From Geosiphon pyriformis uo1 (Eukaryota; Fungi; Glomeromycota), in contig JAAOMT010000309.1 in assembly GCA_016748015.1 (NCBI GenBank), forward strand, positions 62,001 to 126,000: a stretch of DNA of 64,000 nt, written 5' to 3'. Position 1 is the stretch's first letter. Each line of letters starts with the position of its first letter. The notes under the pieces are model-generated. The model was not told the DNA's origin, made no database searches, and saw nothing but the letters and a program-made list of their open reading frames with translations. Both the position numbers and the translations under genes were made by a program. Positions 51,121 to 64,000 of the stretch are shown piece by piece.

Positions 51121-52416
51121 CACTTTTAATAGCTATATAAAGTGATGAATCTCTTAGCTGTAGAAAAGCATGAAAAAATTAAGGAAATAAAATAAATAAA
51201 ATAACACTTTTCATCTCAATCATTCTTTTATTGCTAATTTCTCTTTCCCTACCTTCAAGTATTCAAACATCTTGGAATAAAAGATCACTTATTAGTATTT
51301 TTCTACCTTTTTCTTGAAACGTATAAGTGTAGTATTTAAAGATTATTGAATAATATATGATTAAAAAGCATATCTGATACTTAATATTAAATTCTAAGAG
51401 CACTAATGTAAGGCATAGAATTATACCAAGCATGATTATTTGTTGACAGTATGAACTATCTCTCTACCTTCAGATTCTTAGGTTATATTTTGAAAAGAAT
51501 AGTGACTGAGATATTTTATGAGACTAATCTCGTATATTAAATTTATACTTATTTAATTCACTCTTTGAAGTTAAATTCTATTTGATTATTTCCATCACTC
51601 TACAATTCTGTTCTCCCTTGCTATCTATTAGCTTGTTACTTCAACTTATAACAATAATATGTTTTTAGCAAGATTATGTTAAGTATTAATTATAAAAAAT
51701 TGTTTAATTAAAACTGTTAAAAAAATTTTTTATGATTTTGTTTAATTATTTTTTGGCTGTTTACAGCAAATTTAATATTTTTTAAGTAAAAAATTTTTTG
51801 GTTTTAAAAAATATTTTAACTTAATTTTTGATTTTTACAATTGGTTTAATAATAATAAAACATTAAAAAATTTAAAAACTTTAATTGGTTTATAAGATAT
51901 GTTAAATTTTTTGAAAATTTTACAATAATTATGTAAATAAAATAATAACAAATTTTAATTTAATTAATAATTATATAATAAATNNNNNNNNNNNNNNNNN
52001 NNNTATATAATATATATTTAGTTTATTAATAACATTTTTATATTTAAAATTTTAGAAAAAAATTTAAAATAGTATATATTAATTATTTGTTAATAAATAC
52101 AGCTATTATTTTAATTAAAAAATTTTTTGTCATTAAAAAAAATTAAATTTAAAGAATTTAATATTTTAATATTTAGTTTAACAATTAATTTTATTAATAA
52201 TAGATATTTTTATAAAAATATTAATTTTAAATTGTTTTATATTTTTTTAAATAATATATATAAGTTAAAACTTAAAAAAAAACTTCTTTCTCTTCTTCAT
52301 CCAAAATTCCCAAAAAAGAGTCAAAAGTTTTTTGAAAGAAGTTTTTTACTATTCAGTACGATAAATCAAAATCATTTTTTGATTATGAGGCCACTGTTGG
52401 CTCTGTTATTGCTGTT

Positions 52417-54216
52417 ATGAAGAAGGCTACCAAAGTTTCTGGTTCTGAGGATGGTTTTAAAATAGTCGTGTCAAGGAAAAAGAGAAAAGGTGGTGTATTG
52501 GCAGAGAGTGTTGATAATAGAGAGGTTGCTGATAAAGCTCTAGGTAATTGTTCATGGGATTCTGAGGCAGGTGACACTACTGAATCTGAGAGTATTGACA
52601 TGGAAGAAAAGTGCTTGGTTGAGAAAACCAGTGTTGATTATGGTGAGAATGGTGTTTTCACAGAAGGAGATCCTGATCAAATGCCTAAGAGTTTGTGTGT
52701 AAAGACCAAAAAGGTGTTAGAGAAGCCTCTGGGTGTTATTGATTATGGTACTGTCAATACAGACAATGATGTGTTAGATGGTTCTTTCCTTTTCCCATCC
52801 CCTTTACCTATCAAACCGTCCATTCAAGTGTCTGTTCGCAAATCCTTTGCTTTAGATATTGATCTCATGGCTGTTGCTGAGAAATCATTTTAGAAGAAAT
52901 TGAACTTTGTCAAAAAAATTTTTTCAGGTGTGAATGGTTTTGGGGGGGCCTTTACTCCCTCAAAATTTGGTGGAATCATCCAGGCATCTTTCACTTCTGA
53001 AAAAGTGATGATAGCAGCTGCTCAATTGGCAAATAATTGTGGTGTTGTAGTAAATACTGATCTTAAGCGCCCCATCAACAATCATATGAATTGGGCAATT
53101 GTGTTAAAAGAAATTCTTGTGAGAACTTCCATTAAGGCAGTGCGTGCAGCCATTTCTGGATTTGGGCTTATTAAGTTAATCAAAATGCAGTTGGTGGGTC
53201 TATGGCAAAAGGCAATCGTTGAATTGGAGAATCAAATTCAGACTGATCTCTTGGCAGCTAAGTGGTCCATCCTTATTGGGAAAGATGCAGTGCGTGTGGC
53301 CTGGGCTGATGTTGACAAACAGATGTGAGATGCCAGAGATGAGTTCAAGACTTTGCTTTACACTCTTCCTATGGGCACCACTGCTTATGATCTTTGGGAC
53401 TTCATTGGTTCAGTTGGTGGGAAAACATGTGTTATTGAACACAGCTCTGTCAGTTATGTCTGGGCATGCTGTGCCACTGTGTGCTTCAATTCTGAGGGTA
53501 GCCTTATTCAGGCAATGGCAAACACTCCTGTTATAAAAGGCATTGGTCTCTGATGGTCTCATTTAGCCACTGCACTGTGCTCAATTTGCAGAAATTCCAG
53601 TCATACTTCTCTTGCTTGTCATACTGCTGGTGTGTCCTCAAGTCCTAGGAGCAAGAGAGCTTCTCTCTCAGCTCAGGATCAGCTCCGTCTGACTAAGATA
53701 TATGAAAAAAAATCTGCCCCTGTTTCCCATCCTTTGGTTTTCGGTAGAAAAACTTGGGCCTCCGTGATTGGTAAACTACTTCCGTTAGCATTATTTAGTG
53801 GTTCAGCTCAATATGATTCCGTATCTTATGCTAAACCTCTCCCGACTGTTAGTGGTGAATTGGAAAACCGTTTGAAAAATATTGAGAGCAGTCTTGTTAG
53901 CCTCGCGAGACAAATTAGTGAGTTGGCTAAGAGGTTGGACTCATTTATGCTGGCAGTTTTCTAGCCTAGCCCTGGATGTCAACTGCCGGTGACCCCCCCA
54001 TCGCAGAATCAAGGGGAAGATATAGTGATGAGAGTGGGTTCGGGTGATGCCACTAGTGACAAGACTGCTGCCATTCTTGGTTCAACTGCCTCACCTAAGG
54101 TTGTGAAATTGGAAAACATGTTGGAAGGTCTCTCTGCTTTGGTTATGAACCTATTGGCATGCTTGGATAGTTTGGCTTTGGCTGGTGGTGCTCTTCCTCT
54201 ATCTCATTCTCAATGA
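52417..54216 (+). pseudogene. LINE C ORF1
   Basis: Five in-frame ORF segments; CSICRNSSHTSLAC knuckle; homologous to B and D ORF1. Confidence 0.87.
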
Positions 54217-57200
54217 GTGGTCTGGTATAGAAGATTGCTACGTGTAATGTTCGTGGGTTGAACAATCCTGCGAAGCAAAATAATGTCATTCGTTAGCACA
54301 GAGATATGAACAATTTGGTTTCAATTGTTACTGAGACAAAGTTAAAAGATAGAGTTTGGCCTTAGATTGCTAATAAATTCGATGGTGTTTGGGTCTTTGT
54401 TTCTGGTTTGGATTTTGGTTATCTTGGTTCTGGTATGGCGATCATTATAAACAACACTCTGGTGAAACATGTATATAAAGTTGTTGAGATTTCTAGATGA
54501 CTTTTGTCTGTCAAGTTGCTCTTTAGAAATAAGCTCTCGGTGTTGATTCTGGGTTTGTATGCAGGTGCTTCAGTGTCTGCACACTTCTCACAAGCGGATA
54601 AAATAAACTTTTTGATTGTTAAAGCTGTTAATAAGTCATCTTTTGTGATATTGGGTGGCAATTTCAATAAAGATGGCTCTCACAGGTGTGCTAGTTTCAG
54701 GAAATGTTTTGATTTGGGTTTGGTCAATGTCTTAGGAGGGAGTTCGTTTGGGAGGAATGCGACTTGGACCAATTCTCGAAGGGTGGTCAAGGTTATTGAT
54801 TACGTGTTTGTGTCATTGAGCTTGGTCAATGCAATCTTAGATCAAAGTGTAGCTGGGGTTGATGAATATTTTGATACTGATCATAGGGCTGTTGCTGTTT
54901 CCATGGGCCTGGATGGTCTTTTGGACGTTAATTTGATGTCTCTTCGCAAGCAGGCGAATAAGAATTGATGGAAGTTCAATTTTAAGGATGCTACGGCTGC
55001 CAAATGGGCTGCATTTAAGGAATCTTCTGCTGCCACCGCAGTGATATTTAAGTGCAAGTTTGATGCTGCTCTATTGTTTTTGGATCTAAATGCTATGTGG
55101 AACGTCGTCTGCAAAATTGTGTGCTTATTAGTAAGTGATATTTTCAAACAAAAATGGTTCAAGAATTATGATAATGTGTTTACTAAGGAATCTTCTAAGT
55201 TTCACAAGCTAGAACTTTTGGTGTCTAAACTAGTTAAAACATCACATTTGGTTTCTTCTGAGGAATTTGTTGTACTACTGAGTACATGGAATTTATTGGA
55301 CATTACAAATGCTTCTGTGGTGGAGTCTTTTTTTCTTTTAGGGTTGCATTTTGAGATCATAAGATCTGTCTTGTTCAGAGTTAGGAAGTTGTATCATTTC
55401 TCTAAATTGTTCGAGTTAAAGCATGCTGAAGAATCTCGTATCAGATTAGTAGTTAGTAGGAGGATAGAAAGTTTTAAGGTTGATAAGGGTCATACAATTA
55501 GAAGTGTACTAGAGCGCCCTTTTTGCAAGGTGGTATTAGATCATTTGGTTGTCAATGATAAACTGGTTTTGGATCCTAGTTTGGTTAAATCTAAGATGGA
55601 TGTTATCATAGAAGGCTGGACCAGAAAACGTGAGTTGGTTGCTGATGTCTCTGCTGATTGGTGTCACTAGTACCAACCTTTGGAGTACGTATTTGATGAG
55701 GCATTTTCGAGAATAATAGACCCTAGCTTGGTGTTGTGTTGGACTTGTCTAATGATAAAGCTGCTGGTTTGTCTGGTATTTTGAACGAGCTTTGGAAGCA
55801 TTGTGACAAATCGGTTCTGGATATGTTGTTGGTGCTCTTGAACTCTTGTTTGCTCCATGAGTCAGTTCCTGGTCTTTGGAAAGAAGCTTGGGTGTCTATG
55901 ATCCCCAAACCTTATGAGTGGAAAGAAGTTCTTACAAACACCCAACCCATTGCTTTGATTGAAACCACTTGTAAGATCCTTTCAAAGATTCTCTCAGACA
56001 GGATTTCTTTGGTGTGCAGTACTCACAATGTTCTCCGCGGGGACAATTTTTCTGTTTTGAAGGGCACAACAACACAGTCTCCTATCTTTGCTGTCAGCTC
56101 TGTGGTTGAGGATGCTCTGGAAAAAAACCGTGAGCTTTGGCTGGTATTGCAAGACATGAAAAAGACCTATAATTCTGTTGGCTGGGAGCATTTGAAAAGG
56201 AGTCTAATTAGGATTAAGATGTGTGGCAGGTTCATTCGATTTTTTGGTGGCATTCACAATAACCAAGTCAACTGAGTAATGACTGACTTTGGCTTAACTG
56301 ATAATTATCAAGTCTATGATAGTCTCGATCAAGAAAAAGTGTTCTCACTTCTTCTCTAGTGTATATTTTATGATTTTTTTTTGTGTGAAGTCAAAAGGCA
56401 AGAAAAATTTTGTGGATATAAGTTGAATTCTCATTTTATTGCTAAGACTAGCCATGTTGAACCTCAAGCTGGTTTTTCTTCTTTGCAGCTGGTGCTTTTG
56501 TGGATGATACAATTTGGGTCGGCAGCAGTCAGGCTGCAACACAACACATTCTCAATGTTGCTAGTGAATTTTTTAGAATTAATGATATTTCAATTAACAA
56601 TGACAAAACAGTGGCAATTCCCATTAACTGTAGGGTTGTGAGCCCCTTTTTGACAATCAGTGGTTCACCAATTTCTATTGCCAAAAAAGGGAAATCTCAC
56701 TGGTATTTGGACATCTTTCTGTCTACAGATGGTTTGTCAAAGCCCAGTTTGGCCAAGACACATTCGGATATTCGGTTTTTTACCAATCTCGTCCTGAAAA
56801 AAGCCATTTCTGATAAGCAGTTTTTGTATTTGGTTTCGGTGGTTTTGCAATCCATCATCAGTTATAGAATGCAGTTTAGTTTTGTTCTGCTTAGTGTTTG
56901 CTGTAAATGGGATGCTCTGATTCGTAAAGGCTTCAAATCCAAGGCAGGTCTTCCTTTGGACTTTCCCAATGATGCTCTTCATCATCCATTCCTTTACGGC
57001 TTAAAGACTTTTGAGCAGATTCAGGCTGAAAGTAAGTCGGCATCTGTAGTGTGTTTTGCCAATGCTGTTGGAATCCTGGGTCAGTTGTTTTTCCATAAGT
57101 TTCATGACTTATAGACTTTGAGCTGGCGTTCTGTGCACCCTTTGGTCTCCCCAGTTTGTTTAAAATTAAATCCCTCGAACAATTTTCTGGCAGGTGTGGT

Positions 57201-58884
57201 TCGTATTTTTGCTGACTGCAGCTTATTCTTTAATAGTTCCGGCCCCAGTGCATTCTGATTCTCCCATGGAACTCCCATGTCTTTGGTTCTTGGGGAGGTG
57301 AAATTTTCTAGGTGTTTTTCCTCACTTCGGTGGTATGGAATTGCCTTTGTGGAACAATTGCGTCAACGCAATGATGGTGTTTTTGACTGGAAGACTTTCA
57401 AGTATTGGAAAAGGCTGGATCCACATGGCCCCATTCCTGATTGGTTTGGTGTCTCTGTTGGTTATCTTGGTGGTGCGAGGTCATCTTTTTCTGTTCATGG
57501 CTGTTCGGTGGGCATTTTTTCTGTTCCTAGTGTTTTGGAATCTACTGATTTTGATTTGGTTCGTAATCGTTTGTTGGGATTGGATGCTGATAGCCTTTTG
57601 GTCTATACTGATGGATCTTTGGCTGGTTTGGGCACTGTCAGTATTAAATCAGGTGCAGTGGTTTTCTTTGATGATATTAATATGGGTTTAGGTGTTAAGG
57701 TCTCAGGTTTGTTGTCATCTACTTTGGTAGAATTGCAAGCTATTGCACTTGCTCTCAAGTGTGTTCCTGCAGTTAGCAAAGTTAGCTTATTTTCAGATAG
57801 TCAGGCTGTATTGGATGCTTGTAGGTCGGAATTGGGTTTTGCGCATCTGGATTTTTGGAATAGTTGTTGGGTGGAGCACCATCATATTGCTGGTCTTGTT
57901 CGTGCTAAAAGGTTGGATGTCAGCTAATGTAAGGTTAAAGGACATTTTGGCGTTGTAGGTAATAACCGAGCTGATGATCTGGCTGGCTGTGTGGCTCTTT
58001 CTGATTTTGTTCTTCCCCCCCGGCTGGATGAGTGGTTTATTCTGGCTGGTGGTAGTCCAGTTTTGGGTAATTCTAAGCATTTTGTGCGTGACATTTATTG
58101 GTCTATTCATCGTTTACATTGGGGTTTTAGTTCAGGTAATAGGGTTGTCGCTGGCAAATTGCTCACAGATATCGATTGGTGCAGGTTCTCTTCTGTCTGG
58201 CATCCCGATTCACACATGGCTACTGGCTTCACCAGTATTCGGACTGCTGGCTTGTGTACATATTTTATGAAAGCTCTGCATCATAGACTGCCTATGGCCG
58301 TTCGCAAACGCCTTTATGATAGGAGTTACCCTAGTGTGGTTTGCTTGTTTTGTGGAAATATGGAGGTCTTGGACCATGTTTTTTCTTGTGATTCTGACTT
58401 TGCTAATTATGATCGGCTGCTTGGTGATTTTGCGGTTAAATGGGAAGGCATTTCTGGCCTTCATGGCCCTTCTTCTCGTATGCTGCAAACTCTTTCTTCA
58501 TGTATTCTTGACACTTCAGTCTGTGTTGCTCTATGCAAAGGCTTTGTTTTTAATAATTGGTTTTTTGAGGCAGTTTCTGTTTTTGGTAACCTGAAACTTG
58601 CTGGTGTGAAAATTGTGGACTTTGTCTGTGATTTTTGCCTAGCTTTTAGAGATGAGGTTTGGTTGGTCTGTGTCAAACATCATGTCTTTATGAAGAAGCA
58701 TGGGTTAATTCCTCGAGACAGTTCTGTGCCAGTTTCTATTTCTGGTCTGTCTTCCCTGTATTCGGCTGGGGTTGTCAGATTGTTGGGTATTAATGATACA
58801 TTGGGCATTAGGTTTGGTTTGCGCAAATTTAGTTTGTTTATTTCAGGCACTTTAGATGCGGTTTCTGTTTATATAGGTGCATAG
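54213..58884 (+). pseudogene. LINE C ORF2 (APE-RT-RNase H-CCHC)
   Basis: GGNFN, IDYVFVS, TDHRAV; LQDMKKTYNSV, FVDDT; VYTDGS, VELQAIALAL, FSDSQA; CLFCGNMEVLDHVFSC. Confidence 0.93.
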
Positions 58885-59828
58885 TATTGTTCTGATTGGC
58901 CTGAGTGGCTAATCACATGTAGAAAGTGCATGATTCATGCCTAATTTAGATCAATTATTTGATATATGGTTTTAGGTTGTGTTTGGACTTCACTCAATAA
59001 ACGTATAAAAAAAAAATATAAGTTAAATAAATTTATTGTTATATATAATAGTTTTTATAAAGTAATTTTTTTATAATGGCTTAATTTTAAGTAATTATTT
59101 TGGTTTTAAAATATATTTTATTATTTAATAAAATAATTATGTATTTATTAATATTTTTTGATTTTTAATATTAATATTGATTTAAAAAATAATATATATT
59201 AAATATAATATTAAAAAATAACTATTTAATTATTTAATCAAAAATTAAGAGCCATTTTAGTGTTTTTATTAATATATATTTTAACAAATTTACTAGTATA
59301 ATTATGTTTTTTAGTTTTTGTTTTAGTTTTAAAATAATATATTAAGATTAATAATATGACTGTTTTTAAAAATACTAAGTATATTGTTTGTAATACTTAT
59401 AATTTTATTTGTTATATTTGATAAAAAATTAAATTTAAAACTATTATTATCAATAATATTATATTAAAAAAAATTAATTAATTACAAATTTCAATAATAT
59501 GATATTTTAATTTGTATATAATAATAATTTTATAAATAAATATATATTTAAATTATATATATACATAATAAAAACAATTTATAAAAAAAATTCTACAATA
59601 AATTTTAAAAAATTGCTAAATTGACATTTTTTTTTATTAAAGTTTTAATAAGTATGATTCAACCATTAATTAAAAATTAAGACCAAACTAAATAAAAAAA
59701 TTACTTTTTCTTTCATTGATCTCCTAGTCACAACGAGAGCATTGAGTAGCCAGAGAAATACACTTCTTTTTTCCCTTTTCTCTTTTAGTTTTTTTGTTAT
59801 TTCTTTCAATACTCCTTTGTTCGTTACT

Positions 59829-61787
59829 ATGGAACTGGCAAGCTCTTCTGCTGGTGATTCTGGATCTGTTTCAACTGGGTTGGGAACCCGGTCTGGCGTT
59901 AGAAGCAAGAAGCATGTTGAGGGTGTCTATTCTCGCAGTGCATTATACAAGAAGCCAAGAAAGCCCAAAGCTGCTGGAAGGATGGTGGATTTGTCGGCTA
60001 GTTCTCTCTCTATAGGCATTTTGGGTGCTGATGGGGTAAAACACAAGAAGTCCTAGAGCAGTGAAGTGGAAAGCGATGGTAATAGTGTCAGCGAGATCTC
60101 GGATATGGAAAACTTAAAGAATACGGTTGCAGAGGAAACGAGTTACGTGGATTTGAACGCCTCGAACACTGACAATATGGCAAACAATGCCACTCCAAGG
60201 ATGACAAAGACTGTGACTTACGTGCTGGGCCAACTGCTGAAACCTCCTGCTTTTGACAAAATGAGTGATGATAAGGATGTCTTGGTAATTTTATTCCCAA
60301 AATTCTCTGGTTCCAAGTGCTTGCTGGCAGTTAAGTCATGTGTTGCAGAAAATAGGAATTTTAACCCAGTTAAATCATTTGCCTTGGATATTGAGATTTC
60401 AGCAGTGCCTAAAAAGACAAATGTTGACAGATTAATGGCTGTAAAAAAAATCTTTTATCAAATTGATGGATTTGGGGGAGCTTCGACTCTCTCAAAATTT
60501 CCAGGAATAATAAAATCCTCATTTACATCTGAAAAAAGTTTGATTAAGGCAAGAAAAATGGCAATCAGTGAAAAAATTTTGGTAAATAATGATCTAAGAA
60601 AAGTAAACAGCCATTCAGATTGGGAAGTGATCATCAAAGAAATCCCAGTGGATCTTCCCAAATTGGCAATTGAGACAGTGTTCTCCAAGTTTGACAAGAT
60701 CATTTCAATCAAAGTGCAGCTTATTGGTCTTTGGCAAAAGGCTCTAGTAAAATATGAATCATCTGAGATAGCTGATTTGGTCGCAGCTAGATGGTCTGTG
60801 CTCATGGGAAAGGATTCTGTTCACGTGGCAAAGGCAAGTATTAATAAACAAACATGGGTATCTAGGGATCAGCATTGGGCGTTGCTTTACACTCTTCCAG
60901 TTGGCACCACCACCCATGATTTGTCTGAATTGGTGGAGATTTATGGTGGGAAAACTTGTTATATTGGCCGTAATCCAACTTCATATGTTCGTGATCAGTG
61001 TGCTGTGATTTGTTTTGAAAGTGAGGCGTCCAAGTTGGCTGTTATTGGTTCGGTTCCGGTTTTCAAGAGTGCAAGTTTGCATTGGGCTGGTCTCTCTTTG
61101 GCCTGTTGCACAATGTATAAACAATTTGGTCATGTTTCTGGTGTTTGTTCTATGGGTGGGAATTCTGATGCTCACAGTAAGTGGGTGGTAACTTCTCAGG
61201 ATTGGGTTCGTCTGGCTAATGTATATAAAAAAAAGCAGGCTTCTATTACTCACCCAGTTTCCTTTGGTGGCAAGACATGGACCCAAGTTGCTAGTGGCCT
61301 TCTCTCTCATGTGGTTCCTTCAGGTTTTTCTGGTGTTGGTGTGAATTTTGGTGCTGAATCTGCCTCAGTGGAATCCTCTCCTTCTGATATCTCTGGTTTG
61401 TGCAATCAGGTGGCGTCTTTAGAACACTTTTTGGAGCTTTTGACAGACCAAGTTTCTGCCATTGCAAAAAAACTGAGCTGTGTTGAAGTGGTATCTTCAG
61501 TGTCTTCTTCTCTCACCTTCCATCCTGTTGCATCTGCTTCTCTGGCCTCATGCGTGGATTTGGATATGGCACTGGATGTTCCGTTGGCAACATCTCTTTC
61601 TCTTTGCCCAACCATTGATGATGCTGGTTCTGATTTTGGTTCCAGTAGTTTGAAGGTTCTGACTGCCAAGGTTGGTGGTTTGGAGTCAAAGTTGATGGCT
61701 TTGGATGCATCAGTCGGCTCGGTTTTGGCAAGATTGGATATGTTGTGTTCTGGTTTGGGTTCTTTAGTTCTCTCGTTTTCTCAATGA
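59829..61787 (+). pseudogene. LINE D ORF1, nearly intact (one in-frame TAG at 60054-60056)
   Basis: 573-aa ORF plus an in-frame upstream segment; RRM-like region and CTMYKQFGHVSGVC knuckle. Confidence 0.9.
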
Positions 61788-64000
61788 CCAATTTGATTTG
61801 GAAGATTGCTACATATAATGTTTGGAGCATGAACATTCCTGCGAAACAGGAAGATATAGTTCGTTGGCACAAGGACATGGGCAATTTAGTTTCTATTTTT
61901 ACTGAAACAAAGTTGAAGGATAAGGTTTGTCTCTGGATCATCAACAAGTTTGATGATGTTTGGGTGTTTACCTCTGGTTTGAATTCTGGATATTTGAGTG
62001 CTGGTGTGGCAGTTGTTATGGACTCTTCTTTGGCAAGGCATGTATGCAAAGTTTTTGAAGTGCCTGGCCGGCTTCTGTCTATTAGATTACTTTTCAAGAA
62101 TAAGCTCTCAGTGTCAATTCTGGGGCTCTATGCTGGTGCTTCTTTGGTGGTGTGGTTTTCTCAGGCTGATGAGATTAACTCTCTTATTGCAAGGGCTGTT
62201 AATGAATCTTCTTTCGTCATTCTCGGGGGTGATTTTAATGAAGATGGTTTTCATAAAAGTGCAAGTTTCAAAAGATGCTTTGATTTGGGTCTGGTCAATT
62301 CTTTGGTTGGTAGCCCGGCAGTGAAAATACCCACTTGGGAAAATTCTAGGGGTGTTAAGAAAACAATTGATTATGTGTTTGTCTCCTCAAGTCTTGTCAA
62401 TGCAATAGTGCATCGTGAAGTTTTGAATGTCAGTGGGCATTTTGACATGGATCATCAAGCTGTTTCAGTGGATTTGGGTTTGGGTGGGCTCTTGGATATG
62501 TATTTGAATTCTCTTTGCAAGCAAGCAAATAGAAATAGTTGAAAGTTTGACATCAAAAGTGCCAATAAAGCTAAGTGGTTGGAGTTCAAGGATGCTTCAG
62601 CTGCTAATGTTTCTATGTTCTCAGATGTTTTTGGCATAGCAGTAAGGTTTTCAGATGTGAACATTATGTGGGATATTGTTTGCAAGATTATGGTTTTTTC
62701 AATAAGTGGGACATTTAAGAAAAAATGGTTCAAAGGTTTTGATGGTGTGTTTACCAAGACTTCTTCTAGGTTTTACAAGCTGGAGCAGCTGGTTTCTAAG
62801 TTGGTCAAGGCTTTGCGTTTGGCTTTTAGTAATGGTTTTGCTTTTTTGTTGGAGGTGTGGCACAGACTCGACTCCCCTGGTGCATCGGTGGTCAAGTCTC
62901 TGTTTCTTTTAGGCTCTAATTTTGATCTTATTTGTTCTGTGCTGGCCAAAGTAAGGAAATCATACCACTTTTTCAAATTATTAGAATCCAAGCACGCTGA
63001 GAAATCCTCAATCAAGCAGGCTATTAGTAAGAGAATGGAGAGTTTTGAGCTGAACAAGGGTCACACCATTAGGAGTGTTTTGAAGCGTCTTTTTCACAAG
63101 GTGGTCCTAAATCATCTGGTTGTAGAAGATAAGTTGATTTTAGAGCCTGGTTTGGTTAAGTCTAAGGTGGACAAAATTATGGAGGGATAGACCAGAAGAC
63201 GTGAGGTGGTGTCTGACTTATCTGGGGATTGGGCTTGTTAATATTGGCCTCTGAATTACGTGTTTGATGGTACTTTCTCTGATGTCATGTGTTCGATTAG
63301 TTTTGATGAGTTGTCAGCTGTTGTTAAGGATCTTCCTAATAGAAAAGTGGCTGGTCTTTCTGGTATCTCCAACGAATTATGGAAACATTGTGACAAATCT
63401 GTTTTGGATACGCTTTTGGTGCTCTTGAATTTCTGTTTGGTTGGTGAGTCGGTTCCTGGGCCTTGGAGAGAAGCTTGGGTTTCGATGATTCCTAAACCAT
63501 ATGAATGGAAAGGAGTTTTCATGAACACCCATCCTATAGCTTTGATTGAAACGGCCTGTAAGATTCTTTCCAAGATTCTTTCAGATAGGATCTCTCTGGC
63601 TTGCAGCACTTTTGATGTTCTTTGTGGGGACAATTTTTTGGTTTTGAAAGGTATGACAATGCAATCTCCCATTTTTGCTATCGGTTCTATAGTTAAGGAT
63701 GCCTTGGAGAAGAACTGTAAACTGTGGCTGGTTTTACAAAACATGTGCAAGGCTTATGACTCGGTTGGTTGGGAACATCTTAGGAAGAATCTGGTTAAGA
63801 TCAAAATGTGTGACAGGTTTATTAGATTTTTTGGCAGTATTCACAATGGTCGTATCAACAGAGTGATGACTGACTTTGGCTTGACTGATGGGTATTGTGT
63901 CTATGATGGACTGGATCAGGGAGAAGTTTTCTCGCCTCTTCTCTGGCATATTTTTTATAATCCACTTTTGTGTGAAGTCAAGAGACAGGATAGTGTGTAT
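61784..64000 (+). pseudogene. LINE D ORF2 (APE and RT N-terminal part)
   Basis: IATYNV, FTETKL, GGDFN, TIDYVFVS, MDHQAV; KAYDSVGW. Confidence 0.92.

Larger units (their letters stand above)
43904..51653 (+). mobile_element. Full-length decayed family Y Ty3/Gypsy element (~7.75 kb)
   Basis: LTRs 43904-44583 and 50914-51653; ATAA on both flanks (43900-43903, 51654-51657); PBS-like tagtgctctctgtgag 44590-44605; purine tract 50903-50913. Confidence 0.95.
52274..59016 (+). mobile_element. Full-length decayed LINE (family C) with RNase H
   Basis: 5' UTR hairpin, ORF1, ORF2, 3' UTR, AATAAA and A-tail ~59007-59016. Confidence 0.95.
59694..64000 (+). mobile_element. LINE (family D), 5' part, runs off the window end
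   Basis: ORF1 59829-61787 and ORF2 from 61784 (APE, RT N-half); 5' boundary approximate. Confidence 0.92.

Noticed and set aside
52257-52269. Possible TSD atataagttaaa flanking LINE C (again at ~59016-59027)
   Set aside because: Low-complexity AT sequence and not flush with the apparent 5' end; plausible but unsupported
52127-52420. K/I/F/N-rich ORFs in AT deserts and LTRs (also 24644-24862, 30868-31077)
   Set aside because: Composition-driven open frames with no motifs or conservation evidence

Overview
This window is AT-rich eukaryotic DNA made almost entirely of decayed retrotransposons, in a scaffold with 13 N-gaps. I found no host protein-coding gene, RNA gene or CRISPR array. The element families look fungal; from memory they resemble Glomeromycotina repeats (e.g. 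Geosiphon), which is inference and not verified. Contents: (i) RNase-H-bearing LINEs (ORF1 RRM/CCHC; ORF2 APE-RT-RNase H-CCHC): near-full copies at 16413-23210 and 52274-59016, a 5' part at ~59694-64000, plus fragments. (ii) At least three Ty3/Gypsy LTR families, labelled here X, Y and Z, plus a stub of a fourth LTR (W). X and Z have one gag-pol frame with a Cys-rich domain and a dUTPase after the protease (directly before RT in X). Y has a TTTAAAC -1 frameshift site. X and Y both carry a homologous extra ~210-220 aa ORF between integrase and the 3' LTR. Target-site duplications reconstruct a three-level nest (X in a Y LTR, Y in an ORF2-deleted LINE). They also show that much of the region is present as two diverged copies, the second fragmented and mis-ordered in the scaffold. 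All elements show heavy C>T/G>A decay, graded from CpG-retaining (Z) to nearly pure AT.
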